Assembly: GCF_004010195.1 (NCBI RefSeq)
Contig: NC_057719.1
Location: 60,499,080-60,563,079, forward strand
Direction of reading: 5' to 3'
Source: Chiloscyllium plagiosum
Lineage: Eukaryota
DNA: 64,000 nucleotides
The position numbers and the translations under genes were made by a program. Numbering within the stretch: position 1 is the stretch's first letter; each line of letters opens with the position of its first letter. Below the pieces are notes generated by a model. It worked only from the letters and a program-made list of their open reading frames with translations. It was not told the DNA's origin and did no database searches. Shown here one piece after another: positions 24,500-36,100 of the stretch.

Positions 24500-25670
24500 A
24501 CTAGGCATCCGACAGCCCTAGTCTATTCAACCTCTCCCAATAGCTCAAATCCTCCAACCCTGGATACAACCTTGTAAATCTTTTCTGAATCCTTTCAAGT
24601 TTTACAACATCTTTCCCATAGGAAGGAGACTGGAACTGCATGCAATATTCCAAAAGTGGCTGAACCAACGCCCTGTGCAGCTGCAACATGACCTCCCAAC
24701 TCCTGTACTCAATACTCTGACCAATAAAGGAAGGCATACCAAACGCCTTCTTCACTATCCTATCAACTGCGACTCTGCTTTCAAGGAGCTATGAACCTGC
24801 ACTCCAAGGTCTCTTTGTTCAGCAGCACTCCCCAGGACCTTACCATGAAGTGTATATGTCCTGCTAAGATTTGCTTTCCCAAAATGCAGCATCTCACATT
24901 TATCTAAATTAAACTCCAACTGCCACTTCTCAGCCCAATGGCCCATCTGATCAAGATCCCGTTGAAATCTGAGGTAACCTTCTTCGCTGTCCACTACACC
25001 TCTAACTTTGGTGTCACTTGCAAACTTACTAATTATACCTCTTATGCTCACATTCAAATCATTTACATAAATGATGAAACGCAGTGGACCCAGCACCGAT
25101 CCTTGTGGCACTCCACTGGTTACAGGCCTCCAGTCTGAAAAGCAACCCTCCACCACCACCCTCTGTCTTCTACCTTTGAGCCAGTTCTGTATCCAAATGA
25201 TTAGTTCTCCCTGTATTCCATGAGATCTAACCTTGCTAATCAGTCTCCCATGGGGAACCTTGTCGAACACCTTACTGAAGTCCATACAGATCACATCTAC
25301 TGCTTTGCCCTCATCAATCCTCTTTGTTACTTCTTCAAAAAACTCAATCAAGTTTGTGAGACATGATTTCCCACTCATAAAGCCATGTTGACTATCCCGA
25401 ATCAGTCCTTGCCTTTCCTAGTACATGTACATCCTGTCTCTCAGGATTCCTTCCAACACCTTGCCCACCACTGAGGTCAGGCTCAATGATCCATAGTTCC
25501 CTGGCTTGTCCTTACCACCTTCCTTAAACAGTGGCACCACGTTAACGAACCTCCAGCCTTCCGACACGTCACCTGTGACTATCGATGATACAAATATCTC
25601 AGCAAGAGACCCAGCAATCACTTCTCTAGCTCCCACAGAGTTCTAGGGTCCACTGTTTTAAGGTCCTGAC
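24500..25670 (-). mobile_element. CR1 ORF2 reverse transcriptase fragment
   Basis: [44 protein letters not shown]. Confidence 0.92.
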
Positions 25671-25689
25671 TTAAAAATATACAGCTTGC

Positions 25690-26210
25690 TTTCAGTGTCC
25701 CTGAGTCAGTTTCCTGGAATTCCCTCCTAAACAGCATTGTGACGTTGTCTACACAAATGAACTGCACCCGTTCAAAAAGGCAGCTCACTACCACCTTCTC
25801 AAGGGCAATTAGGGATGGGCAATAAATGCTGGAACAGTCATTTTCTGGGGAGTCGTGATAGGGTGAATGTGGAAAGAATTTCTTTTCTTGTGGGACAATC
25901 TCGAACTATAGATTATTGCTTAAAACTAAGGGGTTGCACAATTAAAAAGAGATGAGGCAATTTTCTTTCCACAGAAGGTTGTGAGGCTTTGGGCCTTTCC
26001 TCTTGAACAGGTGGTGGAAGAAGAGCATTTGAACATTTTAGGACAGAGGTGGATAGCTTCTTGATAAGCAAGGGGGTGAAAGGTTATGAGGTATAGGCAG
26101 GAAAGTAGACTTGGGATTTAATTGGATCAGTTTTAATCTTATTTAATAGTGGAGCAGGTTTAAGAGGCCAGTTAACCTACTCCTGCTTCTTTTTTATATG
26201 TTCATGGATT
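25690..26210 (+). mobile_element. L2-like 3' tail followed by a degenerate CR1 3' end
   Basis: TCCTGGAATTCCCTCCT..CACCTTCTCAAGGGCAATTAGGGATGGGCAATAAATGCTGG, then a CR1-type C-terminus and CCTACTCCTGCT UTR. Confidence 0.7.
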
Positions 26211-26934
26211 CACATATACATGGAAAAATGTGAATTGTGCCATATGTAAATACAATAAACATGGAAAACATTGTGACGCCCTCTACTTCCTCCAGTGTGA
26301 CAGCCCAAACCATCCCTTGGCTCTAATTAGAAGTCATGCAGTGTGATGCTTCAGAAATCAAATACTCATGGTCCTGTCTTTCTGCAGTTATTTTTATTTA
26401 TGTAAATGATTTACACAATCTGAAGGGAGTAAAAATGAATATATTTTTAAAATGTAGGTTTTGCAATTCATATAAATAGTATCTCCCTCAGCAGGAAGAC
26501 AAATGCCAGAACGATAAACATTTGCTTTAACAGTGGCAAAAAATGTTCCAATCTGAGCCTTATGTTTGCTGTTTCCTTCAATGCATTCCTCATTTGAGCC
26601 ATCGGACCATGATTTTCCACCACTCGTCCATTTCAGGATATTTAATCCAACTCAAACACTCCCAAATCAAAGTTTCTTACTTTGGATGTAGTACTTTACT
26701 CAAGAGGCAAACCAAAACATTTAATTGTTTTTCCAATTATCAGTCTTCACATTATTTGGTTTTTAATTCATAAATCAAGGGCAGAAGCACAAGGAAGGCA
26801 TTTTGGCTCCACAGTTGTCCTGCATGAATTATAATTCTAACATGGAACTTATAAAACAATCAGACGTCTTGAAAGAAAACTATGTGTTTCTACCAGTTGC
26901 TGCAAGAAATGATTGCAAACAAGAACAATATAGT

Positions 26935-27225
26935 AACACGGCACTGCTGCCTCACTGCGCTAGGGCCAGGGTTCAATTTTAGCCTTGGGCAACTGTCTGT
27001 GTAGAGCTTGCGCATTCTCCCCATGAATTTCCACCAGTGCTCCGGTTTCCTCTGACAGTCCGAACTTGTGCAAGTTAGGTGGACTGGTCAAGCTAAATTA
27101 CCCATAGTGTTCAGGGATGTGGAGGTTGGGTGTATTAGCCATGGGAAATGCAGGGTACAGGGATAGAGTAGTAGGATGGATCTAGGTTGGTGTGGACTTA
27201 TCGAGCCACACTGAAGGGATTCGAT
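26935..27225 (+). mobile_element. degenerate tRNA-derived SINE
   Basis: GCACTGCTGCCTCACTGCGCTAGGGCCAGGGTTCAATT, V domain and tail. Confidence 0.75.
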
Positions 27226-28139
27226 TAAAAAATTGTAATATTCACCTGCCCAAACAGAATGGCTTTAGGTTGATTGATAAATTTTGCTTTTAAATTTCAA
27301 ATCCAATATCAGCCTGTCTCAAACCCAACAATTTCCTAATGGAGGGATGGTGGTGATGGTGCGGTGATGTACTCTCACAAAATGGATTGAAATAATAGCT
27401 TTTAAGGAAGGAACGCAAGAAGTAGGAGCGGGGTAGGCCATTCAGTACCTCAAACCTACTCCTACATACCTTTTTCACCTCCAAAAGCTCTCTTCATCTT
27501 CAACAGAATGCATCTTTGTTGAGCATTTTGAATAATTTCTTTAACTGATTTCTTCCACAGATTATTTACTGCTATATCTTTTAGCTTAACAGCCCAATTG
27601 CAATGGTCTTAATCATTAATAACTGACTTTGTTTAAGTTTAAAATTGTTGCTTTGGGCTCAAAATATGTTATCTTGAAAATGAATATGATATTCAATTGT
27701 GCTATGATCACTTTTTCCAAGAGGATATTTTATTATAAGCTTACTAATTATTTCTCCCTCAATACTAGATTTAAAAGAGTTTTCTCCTGGTTGGTTGTAC
27801 AACATTCAAGGAAGTAATTATGAAAGTATTATACAAAATTATCTTCTAGACTACTACTTTAATTTGCAAACAATAGTGAATACAGCTTGAAAGTAATTTG
27901 ACTGTGAAAGTGCTCAAGGACATCTGGAGAATGTGAAAAGCTTTGGTTTAGATACAAGTTCCTTTTATCCTCCCCACACCCCAACCCACTCTCTTCCTCA
28001 CCCCTCAATGCTGCCTGAACCAGTGTGCTACTGCAAATGGAAATTATTCAAGCCATACATATTATGAGCAAATTCTCATTCTCATGTGAATTCCTGTCGA
28101 GTAAAAATGCATGCTTTTCTTTTCAAATGGAGTTCTATT

Positions 28140-31100
28140 AACAGACCTTTAGGAGAGGCCTACACATGAGCGACTTGGTCTTTTTCTCCAAAATTATACA
28201 TGTAGAAGAGAGTTTTTTTATTACAATTGCAAAATAGAGGGGGTTTTTTAAATCGTGGAGGAGTTTTCTTTAAACATTGATAAAGCATTTTTTTTAAATC
28301 ACAGAGGAGAGGTTTTTCCGAAAATTATATGTGTAGAAATTTTTTTAAACATTGCTGAAAAGACTTTTTTAAATTGTGGGAGGAGAGTTTCTTTTAAACG
28401 GAGTTGTGTTTACTGAGCATTTGGAGAAACCAAATGTGAGCAGTTCTGGAATGAGTCTTTTTTATATCAAAAGATTGAAAGCTGTCTGCTGGACAAATTG
28501 AGAAGTTTTTTTAAAAATTCGATTGCTCAGCTAAGTGGATGATTTTTATTTAAGATTTATATGTTTGATTTTTACTTATGTTTTACATGCTTAATATTAA
28601 TTCTCTGGGTAAGAAAATATAGCTTATTTTATATAAACCACTTCTTTTTAGGCTTAATGCCATTGAGGGTACTTTAGAGACACAGAGTTAGATGGCTTGT
28701 AGATTTGGAGAAGTAATTACACAGCAAGGTTAATTAGATAGATGGGTGACTGTCAGCAAAGGTAAGAAGATAATTCAGAAGTATCCTGTGGCTATTCCTC
28801 ACTCAAACAGGTACTCAGTTTTAGTCACTGTTGAAAACGTTTCTCAGAGGAGACTCCACGCCAAGGGCACAGAGAGGAGTGTCTGTAGCAGTAAGCATGA
28901 ATCTATGATAGTATATTGATTTCTTGGTGCCAGAAATAAGAACTCCTCGAAATCTTTGATGCATATTACTAAAATGGAGAGTGAGAAACTGAAAGTTATT
29001 GTACACATTGGTGCGAATGACATAGTTAAGGAAAATATTAAGTTTTTACGGTGTGAACATAAGAGATGAGGTAAAAGATGAAAACAAAAACAGAAACTCA
29101 AAAGTAGTAATCTCTAGTTTACTCTCAGGAGCTAGCTCAAATAAAAGGACAAAGGAGATAAATTAATGGCTGAAGAGGTGGTGTAATGTTCAGGGATTCA
29201 GAGTCTTGCATGATTGGGATATCTTCTGGGGCATAAAAGATCTATTCAAAATGAATAGGTTTCACCTGTACTGAAAATGAACCAATATTCCGTGGGAATG
29301 TTTGCTGATTCTATCAAAGGAGACTTAAGGGCGGTGGTCGCAGTGTTGTGGCGGGGAGGGGGGCGGGGGTGATCCTAAGTAGTAGAGGAAATTGAAAGAT
29401 GGATCAGGATGGTTTGGAATCTAGGAAGTTGTGGGAAGTTTGGGAAGAGACGAGGTGCTGTTTGACTGAAGAGTGACTAATGTTGTGCCTTTGTATTAGA
29501 AGGGATGTCAGGAGAACTACAGACTTGTGAATCTGACTTTTGTGGTGGGTAGATTGTTGAATGTGATTCTGAAAGAGAGAATTTACATGCATTTGGAGAG
29601 GCAAGAAATGATTAGGGATAATCAGCATGGTTTAATGCAAGGGAAATCATATCTCACAAACTTAACTGAAATTTTTGAGTAAGTAAACCAAGAAGACTGA
29701 GGAGGGCAGAGTGGTAGACATTGTTTACTTGGAGTCAAGATCAGGCAGCATCTGAGGAGCAGGACAATCAACGTTTCGAGCAAAAGACCTTCATCAGGAA
29801 TGAGGCTGGGAACCTCAGGGGTGGAGGTGGGGAGAAGGTAGCTGAGAGTGCAATAGGTGGATGGAGGTGGGGGCATAGCTGATAGATCAGAGAGGAGGGT
29901 GGAGTGGATAGGTGGGATAGAAGATTGACAAGTGGGACAGGTCATGAGGATGGTGCTGAGCTGGAAGATTGGATCTGGGGTAAGGTGGGGGGAGGAGAAA
30001 TTAGGAAACTGGTGAAGTTCACATTGATGCCATGGGGTTGAAGTGTTCCAAGGCGGAAGATGAGGTGTTCTTCCTCCAGGAGTTGGGTGGTGAGGGAGTG
30101 GCGATGAAGGAGGCCCAGGAACCTGCATGTCCTTCGCAGAGTGGGAGGAGGAGTTGAAATGTTCGGCCATGGGGCGGTGGGGTTGATTGGTGCAGGTGTT
30201 CCAGACATGTTCTCTGAAGCGCTCTGTGAGAAGGCATCCAGTCTGCTGCATGGTATACTCATTAGTGCAGTTGGATCACATGGAACTCAGGGTGAGCTTG
30301 CAAATCAGAGACAGAGGGTGATAGTGGAGGGTTGTTTTTCGGAATGGAGGTTTGTGACCAGTGGGGGTGTTCCACTTTTGTGATTTAGATGAGAATAGAG
30401 AAGGCATGGTTAGTAAGTTTGCAGATGACACCAAAATTGGTGGTTTTGTGGACAGTGAAAAAGATTACAAAATTTGAGTCAACAGGCTGAAAAGTGGCAG
30501 ATGGAGTTTAATTTGAATAAATGTGAGGTATTGCATTTTAGTAAAAGAAACAAAGGCAGGACTTATAAAATTAAAAGTAAGGCCTTGGGTAGTGTTGTAA
30601 CAGACAGACCTCGGGATTCAGGAATATAATTCTTTGAAGTTTGCATCACATACAGATAGGGTGGTTAAGAATGTGTTTAGCATGCTTGCCTTCATTGTTC
30701 TGACCTTTCAGTGTGGAAATTGGGAAGTTATGTTAAGATTATATAGGATGTTGGTGAGGCCACTTCTGGAGTACTGTATCCAGTTCTTGTTGCCGTGTTA
30801 TAGAAAGGATATTATTAAGCTGGAGAAGGTTCAGAAAAGATTTGCCAATATGTTGCCAGGAGCGGAGGATGCGAGTTATAAAGAGTGACTAAATAGGCTA
30901 GGAGTTTTTTCATTGGAGGGTAGGAGGTTGAGAGGTGACCTTACTGAGATTTATAAAATCATGAGGTGGATAGAGAAAGTGAATGGTAGTATTTTCCCGA
31001 GGCTGGGGAATTCAAAACGAGGGGGAATACTTTTAAGGTGACAGGAGCAAAAATTTTAAAAAAGAGACATAAGGGATTTTTTTATATGTGGAGTGGTTTG

Positions 31101-31297
31101 TGTGTGGAATGAACTTCCAGAAGAAGTGGTCAATGTGGCTACAGTTACAGTATTTAAAAAACATTTACATGAACAAAAAATGCTTGGAGGGATATGGGTG
31201 AAGTGCAGGCAAGACAGGACTAGGTAAGTTTGGGATTATAATCAACATGCACTGGTTGATCCAAAGAGTCTGCTTCTGTGCTGCATGATTCTATGCT
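28140..31297 (+). mobile_element. degenerate, internally deleted CR1 with 5' region, ORF1 esterase remnant, RT and 3' UTR
   Basis: ORF1 motifs PVAIPHSNRYSVL, VIVHIGANDI and WDIFWG; RT SKFADDTKIGG and LVRPLLEYCIQF; 3' tail ATGATTCTATG; 5' boundary uncertain. Confidence 0.75.
29732..30248 (-). mobile_element. Penelope-like 3' fragment inserted into the CR1 RT
   Basis: LTERFREH, PMAEHFNS, LEEEHLIFRLGTLQPHGINVNFTSF; hammerhead-like CCTGATGAAGGTCTTTTGCTCGAAACGTTG on the minus strand at about 29767-29800. Confidence 0.88.
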
Positions 31298-32199
31298 GTT
31301 AAGATAATTTTCAATTCCAACAGGTCTGTGACAGAAGCAGTCTTGAGGGACAGCAGCTTGATTCGTAGTGGGTTTTTTTGTCAGCAAACATTGACACACA
31401 GACCTAACCCCAAAATACAGTTTGTGAGTGCACTATGCACCTATAAACTATGCTGGTAAGCCTGTAGGCCTTTCCAAATCAATGCTATTAAAACATTACC
31501 TAATACTGCAAGAAACAGCAAACCAACAGCCTGTGCAAATTCACTATTACCCCCTAAAACTTGTATGCGTTTGGTAATATCCTGCTCCTGTTTTTACTGC
31601 AAGCTACACACTATCAATTTTAATGAATTTCACATCAGGATCCCCGGTTCTCTTCAATTCTGAAAATTAAATTTCTTTAATCTTGATAAACATAAGTTGA
31701 AATCATGTTTGCAAATGATTTGTATTTCTTTTGCTCAGCATTGAAGCCTACCTGTTTAGTTTGTCAGTCACCTTTGCACAATAATGTATTTGTACAATAG
31801 ACGATGAAATGAATGAAAAAATGAGTGATAAATAATGAGACACTAATAATATGTGTAGTGCTGGTAAACAGTAGGAAGCTGTAAATGACCAGAAATCATC
31901 TAATGATGTAATAAATACTCAAGTGGAAATTATTACCAAAAGATAACTTCTGCTTTAACCTCAATGCCAACTCTTGATAGTTTTTTAAAAATATTTAATT
32001 AAACAATTTTGTCAGTTTTGTCACAGTGGTCCAATAAATCTACACTTTATCATCAGTAAAATGATGGTAGATTTTGTTGACAATGCCATCAGGTAGAACT
32101 GAACAACAATAGTCTTCTCACCCATGCTCTGTTTGGGTTCTTTTGGGAAAGGAAAATGATTACTGTTGATGGATGGTGTAAATCATTTTACAGCAGTAA

Positions 32200-33160
32200 T
32201 ATACAATCTCAGGGTAGTGCTGAGGCTCAAACATTTTCAGCTGCCTCATTAATGACTTCCCCATCATCATAAGGTCAGAACTGGGAAAAGCAACTGATTG
32301 TCATACAGTGCTCAGAACCATCCATAACTCCTTATCTACCAAAGTAGTCTGTGTCCACATGCAACAAGATCTTCACAACAGTCAGGCTTGGGTAAATGGT
32401 GACACAAGTGCCAGACAATGATGATACCCAACATGAGAGAATCTAACTATATTTCTTTAATATTCAATGGCGTTACTATCGATGAACAACCTACTGTCAA
32501 AATCTGGGGGTTTACCAATGACCAGAAATTTAAATCAATCAGGTATAGAAATAATGTGGCTGCACCCAAACAGATCAGTGGTTGATGTGAATTCTATTGC
32601 ATGTAATAATACTCCTAGTGCCCCAAGTCTTGTTCATCACCTAAAAGGCAGAGGTCAGCAGTGTGATCACTCCCCCCCTTGGCTGTATGAATGCAGCTGA
32701 ACACTGAAACAGTTTGACACCATCCAGGACAAAACAGGTAGCTAGGTTGGTACTCCATGTACCACTCAAACAATCACTCCCCACTACTACAAGTACACAC
32801 CAGCAACTATGTTTACCACATTCATGATATTCTACACAATTCATCAAGATTCCTTCAGCAGCACTTTCTGATCCCATGACCTCCCCTGTCGAGCACAAGA
32901 GAAGCAGATGTTTCTGAACATCAGTTGCTGCATCTTCCCTCGTAAGCCATATACTATGTTGACTTGGAAGTATACTATTGTTTCTTCACTGCAGTAGGCT
33001 GAAAATGTTGGAATTCCCTTCTCAACAGCAATGTGAGTATACCTATTTCAGATAGGCTGGAGCAGTTCAAAGCGGTAGTTTGCAATCATATTCTCAACGA
33101 TAATCAGGCATGGACAACAACTACTGGCATTGGCCGATTCACATCCCATTAATGAAATAA
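32200..33160 (+). mobile_element. degenerate L2/CR1-clade LINE 3' region
   Basis: QGSAEAQTFSCLINDFP-type RT remnant and a 3' tail homologous to 50885-51826. Confidence 0.7.
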
Positions 33161-33479
33161 AACACCTCAGGAAATTTCAAATGTATTTTACCACCAATAA
33201 AGTACAATTGCTGTTGTATAATCTAGGAAACATAATTGTTAATGTGCATTCTGTAGTATTTTATATGCAATGTGATGAATGAACAGTTAATTTGTTTCAA
33301 TGGTGTTTGGTAAAAGATAAATATTGACAAAGACATGTACAGGACTTCCTGATTCTTCTTTGGGTACTGCTTGGGATCTATTTGAGATGGCAGATAAAAT
33401 CTCCATAGGAATCTCATGCCAAAGGATTACTCACAATACAATCATCCCTCAGTACTTTTCCTCTTTTTGACATTCTTAG

Positions 33480-34190
33480 TCGATCCACACACACCTCCAC
33501 AATTGAGGCATGTGGTGTTTGAAGACAGGGTGGATGGAATGCTCAGGTTTTTGCACACACTTTTCCACTCTGTGTGCTTGACCTCCACCTAGGTCTGTCA
33601 GATACTCAAAATGGTTGGCACATTTATGGATGCTTCTTATCTGTTTGGGTGGTTTGGTACAAGAGATTCTATGATTCAGTGGGGACAATACATTTTTCAC
33701 AAAGGCTTTAAGAAAGCCCTGCCCTCTCTATCCTCTAATTGATCTCTTGCCATGAAGCAGCTCAGTGCAGAGAGCTTGTTTTGCAAGTCTTATGTCAGGC
33801 ATGTGGTCTCCAAACACAGCTGACTAGAAGCAAGTTGGCTTGAGTATGAACAATGATATTGGAGTGCTTACCCTGCGCAGTAGATTTTCAGGACTTTGTA
33901 GTGGCATTGCTAGTGATATTTCACTAGGGATTTGAGGCGCCTGTTGCACATTGTTCATATTTTCAGAACACACAAAAGGGTAGGTAGCACTACTATTCTC
34001 AAAAACATGAGTTTGATACCAAAATTTATATCTCTATCATAAACACACTGTTGCTCAGATGGCACACTGGAGGTAATATTGAGTTTCACCAACGATGTCT
34101 CTCCTGGCTTATAGTTAGCTTCCAAGGTCAGAGAACAGATCTACATTGTCCTGTTGCTCATTGTGGATCATGATAGTTGTGGGAAAATGT
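33480..34190 (-). mobile_element. RTE-clade (BovB-like) LINE remnant
   Basis: Minus-strand MPDIRLAKQALCTELLHGKRS..G, matching the RTE C-terminal MPDxRLPKxxLYxELxxGKR motif. Confidence 0.65.
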
Positions 34191-34599
34191 CTTGTGGTGA
34201 GTGACTTCCGCATATGTTTTGGTCAATATTTATCTTTCACCTAACATCACTGAAATAAATTAACCATTCATTCATCTCATTGCTGTTTATTGGATCTTTA
34301 TCTTCTTGATGTTTAGCCTAAGATCCATTATCTCATGTGACTCTGTGAATGCACTGGTGATGATCTGGAGTGCAGCCTCAGTTTCTCTGCGTACTACAAT
34401 CAACAATCAGCCTACATTGTGTTTTTATCATTTTATTTTTCAAGAGTTCAGAGTGCTACTGCTGAGTCAAGGGGTTACTAGGCTGGAGCAAGGTATTGAT
34501 AGTGAACAATAAAAAAAAAGTTTATGCAAGAGTCCATAAAGGTCCATGATAAATATGGATTAGATTGAAAGAATTACATCAACAGTGATACGTCCAGGA

Positions 34600-34905
34600 A
34601 GAAAAACAGCAATTGCTGGTGAAACTCAGCAGGTCTGGCAGCATTCATGGGACAAAAGCACAGTTAACATTTTGAGTGCAGTGATTCTTCATCAAAACCC
34701 TTTCCCTGCTTTGCTTTTGCTTCAGATCTTGAGCAGTTTTTTGCTTTACTTTAATGAGGTTTTCTGGATTTGGTTCTGTGCCTTGCACTGAATGTTTAAG
34801 AAAAAGTTTGGAGATTTGGCGAAAGGTCACAATTCTGAACCGTTCATTCTCTTTTCACAGATGCTGCCATGACTACTGAGTATTTCCAGCACTTTCTGTT
34901 TTTAT
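34600..34905. mobile_element. Penelope-type terminal fragments in both orientations
   Basis: TGCTGGTGAAACTCAGCAGGTCTGGCAGCAT (minus) and CAGATGCTGCC..CTGAGTATTTCCAGCAC (plus); same family as 60328-60455 and 23500-23600. Confidence 0.6.
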
Positions 34906-34914
34906 TATTATTTG

Positions 34915-35600
34915 AAGCGGGCGCACAGAGAGGGGAGCCGGAAGGTAAGCGGAGACCAGTTTAAATTAACATTTTTCTTTTCACAGTCTGTGGTTTTTTT
35001 CAACCAGGAGCGGGAACCCGGAAGTCGTCAACAGAGGCTTCTGGGAAGGTAAGAAGTTTGAGTGGAGAAGGAACCCGAGACACTACACATGTAGTGTCTC
35101 CCACCCTCCCTCCCTCATCTAACCTAAAAAAAAGGACTCAGTCAGCTGAACAGGTCAGCTACTTAGTGTTCTTGTTTTGGAGACTAAGTGTAGAGTTATG
35201 GCAGCACAGGCAGTGGAATGTTCCTCCTGCAAGATGTTTGAGGTAGGGGTGACCACCGATACTCCTGCTGACTTCACCTGCAGGAAGTGCAGCCATCTCC
35301 AGCTCCTCACGGACCGCGTTAGGGAACTGGAGCTGGAGTTGGATGAACTGAGGATTATTCGAGAGGCTGAGAGGGTGATAGATAGAAGCTACAGGGACAT
35401 AGTTACGCCAGAGAACAGAAGTAGCTGGGTGACAGTTAGAGGTGGGAAGGGGAGGAAGCAGGCAGTGCTGGGATCCCCTGTGGTCATTCCCCTCAACAAT
35501 AAGTATACCGCTTTGGATACTGTTGGGGGGGACGGCCTAGCAGGGGTAAGCTGCAGTGACCGGGTCTCTGGCACGAGGTCCGGCTCTGAGGGCCAGAAGG
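34915..35600 (+). mobile_element. CR1 LINE 5' UTR and ORF1 N-terminus (ATG at 35198), running into a gap
   Basis: Zinc finger CSSC..CRKC, leucine zipper LTDRVRELELELDEL and SPVVIPLNNKYTALD, typical of CR1 zf/lz-esterase ORF1; frame open to the gap. Confidence 0.85.
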
Positions 35601-36100
35601 NNNNNNNNNNNNNNNNNNNNNNNNNNNNNNNNNNNNNNNNNNNNNNNNNNNNNNNNNNNNNNNNNNNNNNNNNNNNNNNNNNNNNNNNNNNNNNNNNNNN
35701 NNNNNNNNNNNNNNNNNNNNNNNNNNNNNNNNNNNNNNNNNNNNNNNNNNNNNNNNNNNNNNNNNNNNNNNNNNNNNNNNNNNNNNNNNNNNNNNNNNNN
35801 NNNNNNNNNNNNNNNNNNNNNNNNNNNNNNNNNNNNNNNNNNNNNNNNNNNNNNNNNNNNNNNNNNNNNNNNNNNNNNNNNNNNNNNNNNNNNNNNNNNN
35901 NNNNNNNNNNNNNNNNNNNNNNNNNNNNNNNNNNNNNNNNNNNNNNNNNNNNNNNNNNNNNNNNNNNNNNNNNNNNNNNNNNNNNNNNNNNNNNNNNNNN
36001 NNNNNNNNNNNNNNNNNNNNNNNNNNNNNNNNNNNNNNNNNNNNNNNNNNNNNNNNNNNNNNNNNNNNNNNNNNNNNNNNNNNNNNNNNNNNNNNNNNNN
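35601..36100. other. assembly gap (exactly 500 N, probably a placeholder)
   Basis: run of N. Confidence 1.

Noticed and set aside
28140..28420. CRISPR-like or structured repeat array
   Set aside because: Only a degenerate duplication of T-run/AGGAGAG motifs, probably a LINE 5' region; no constant repeat-spacer period, and the context is eukaryotic
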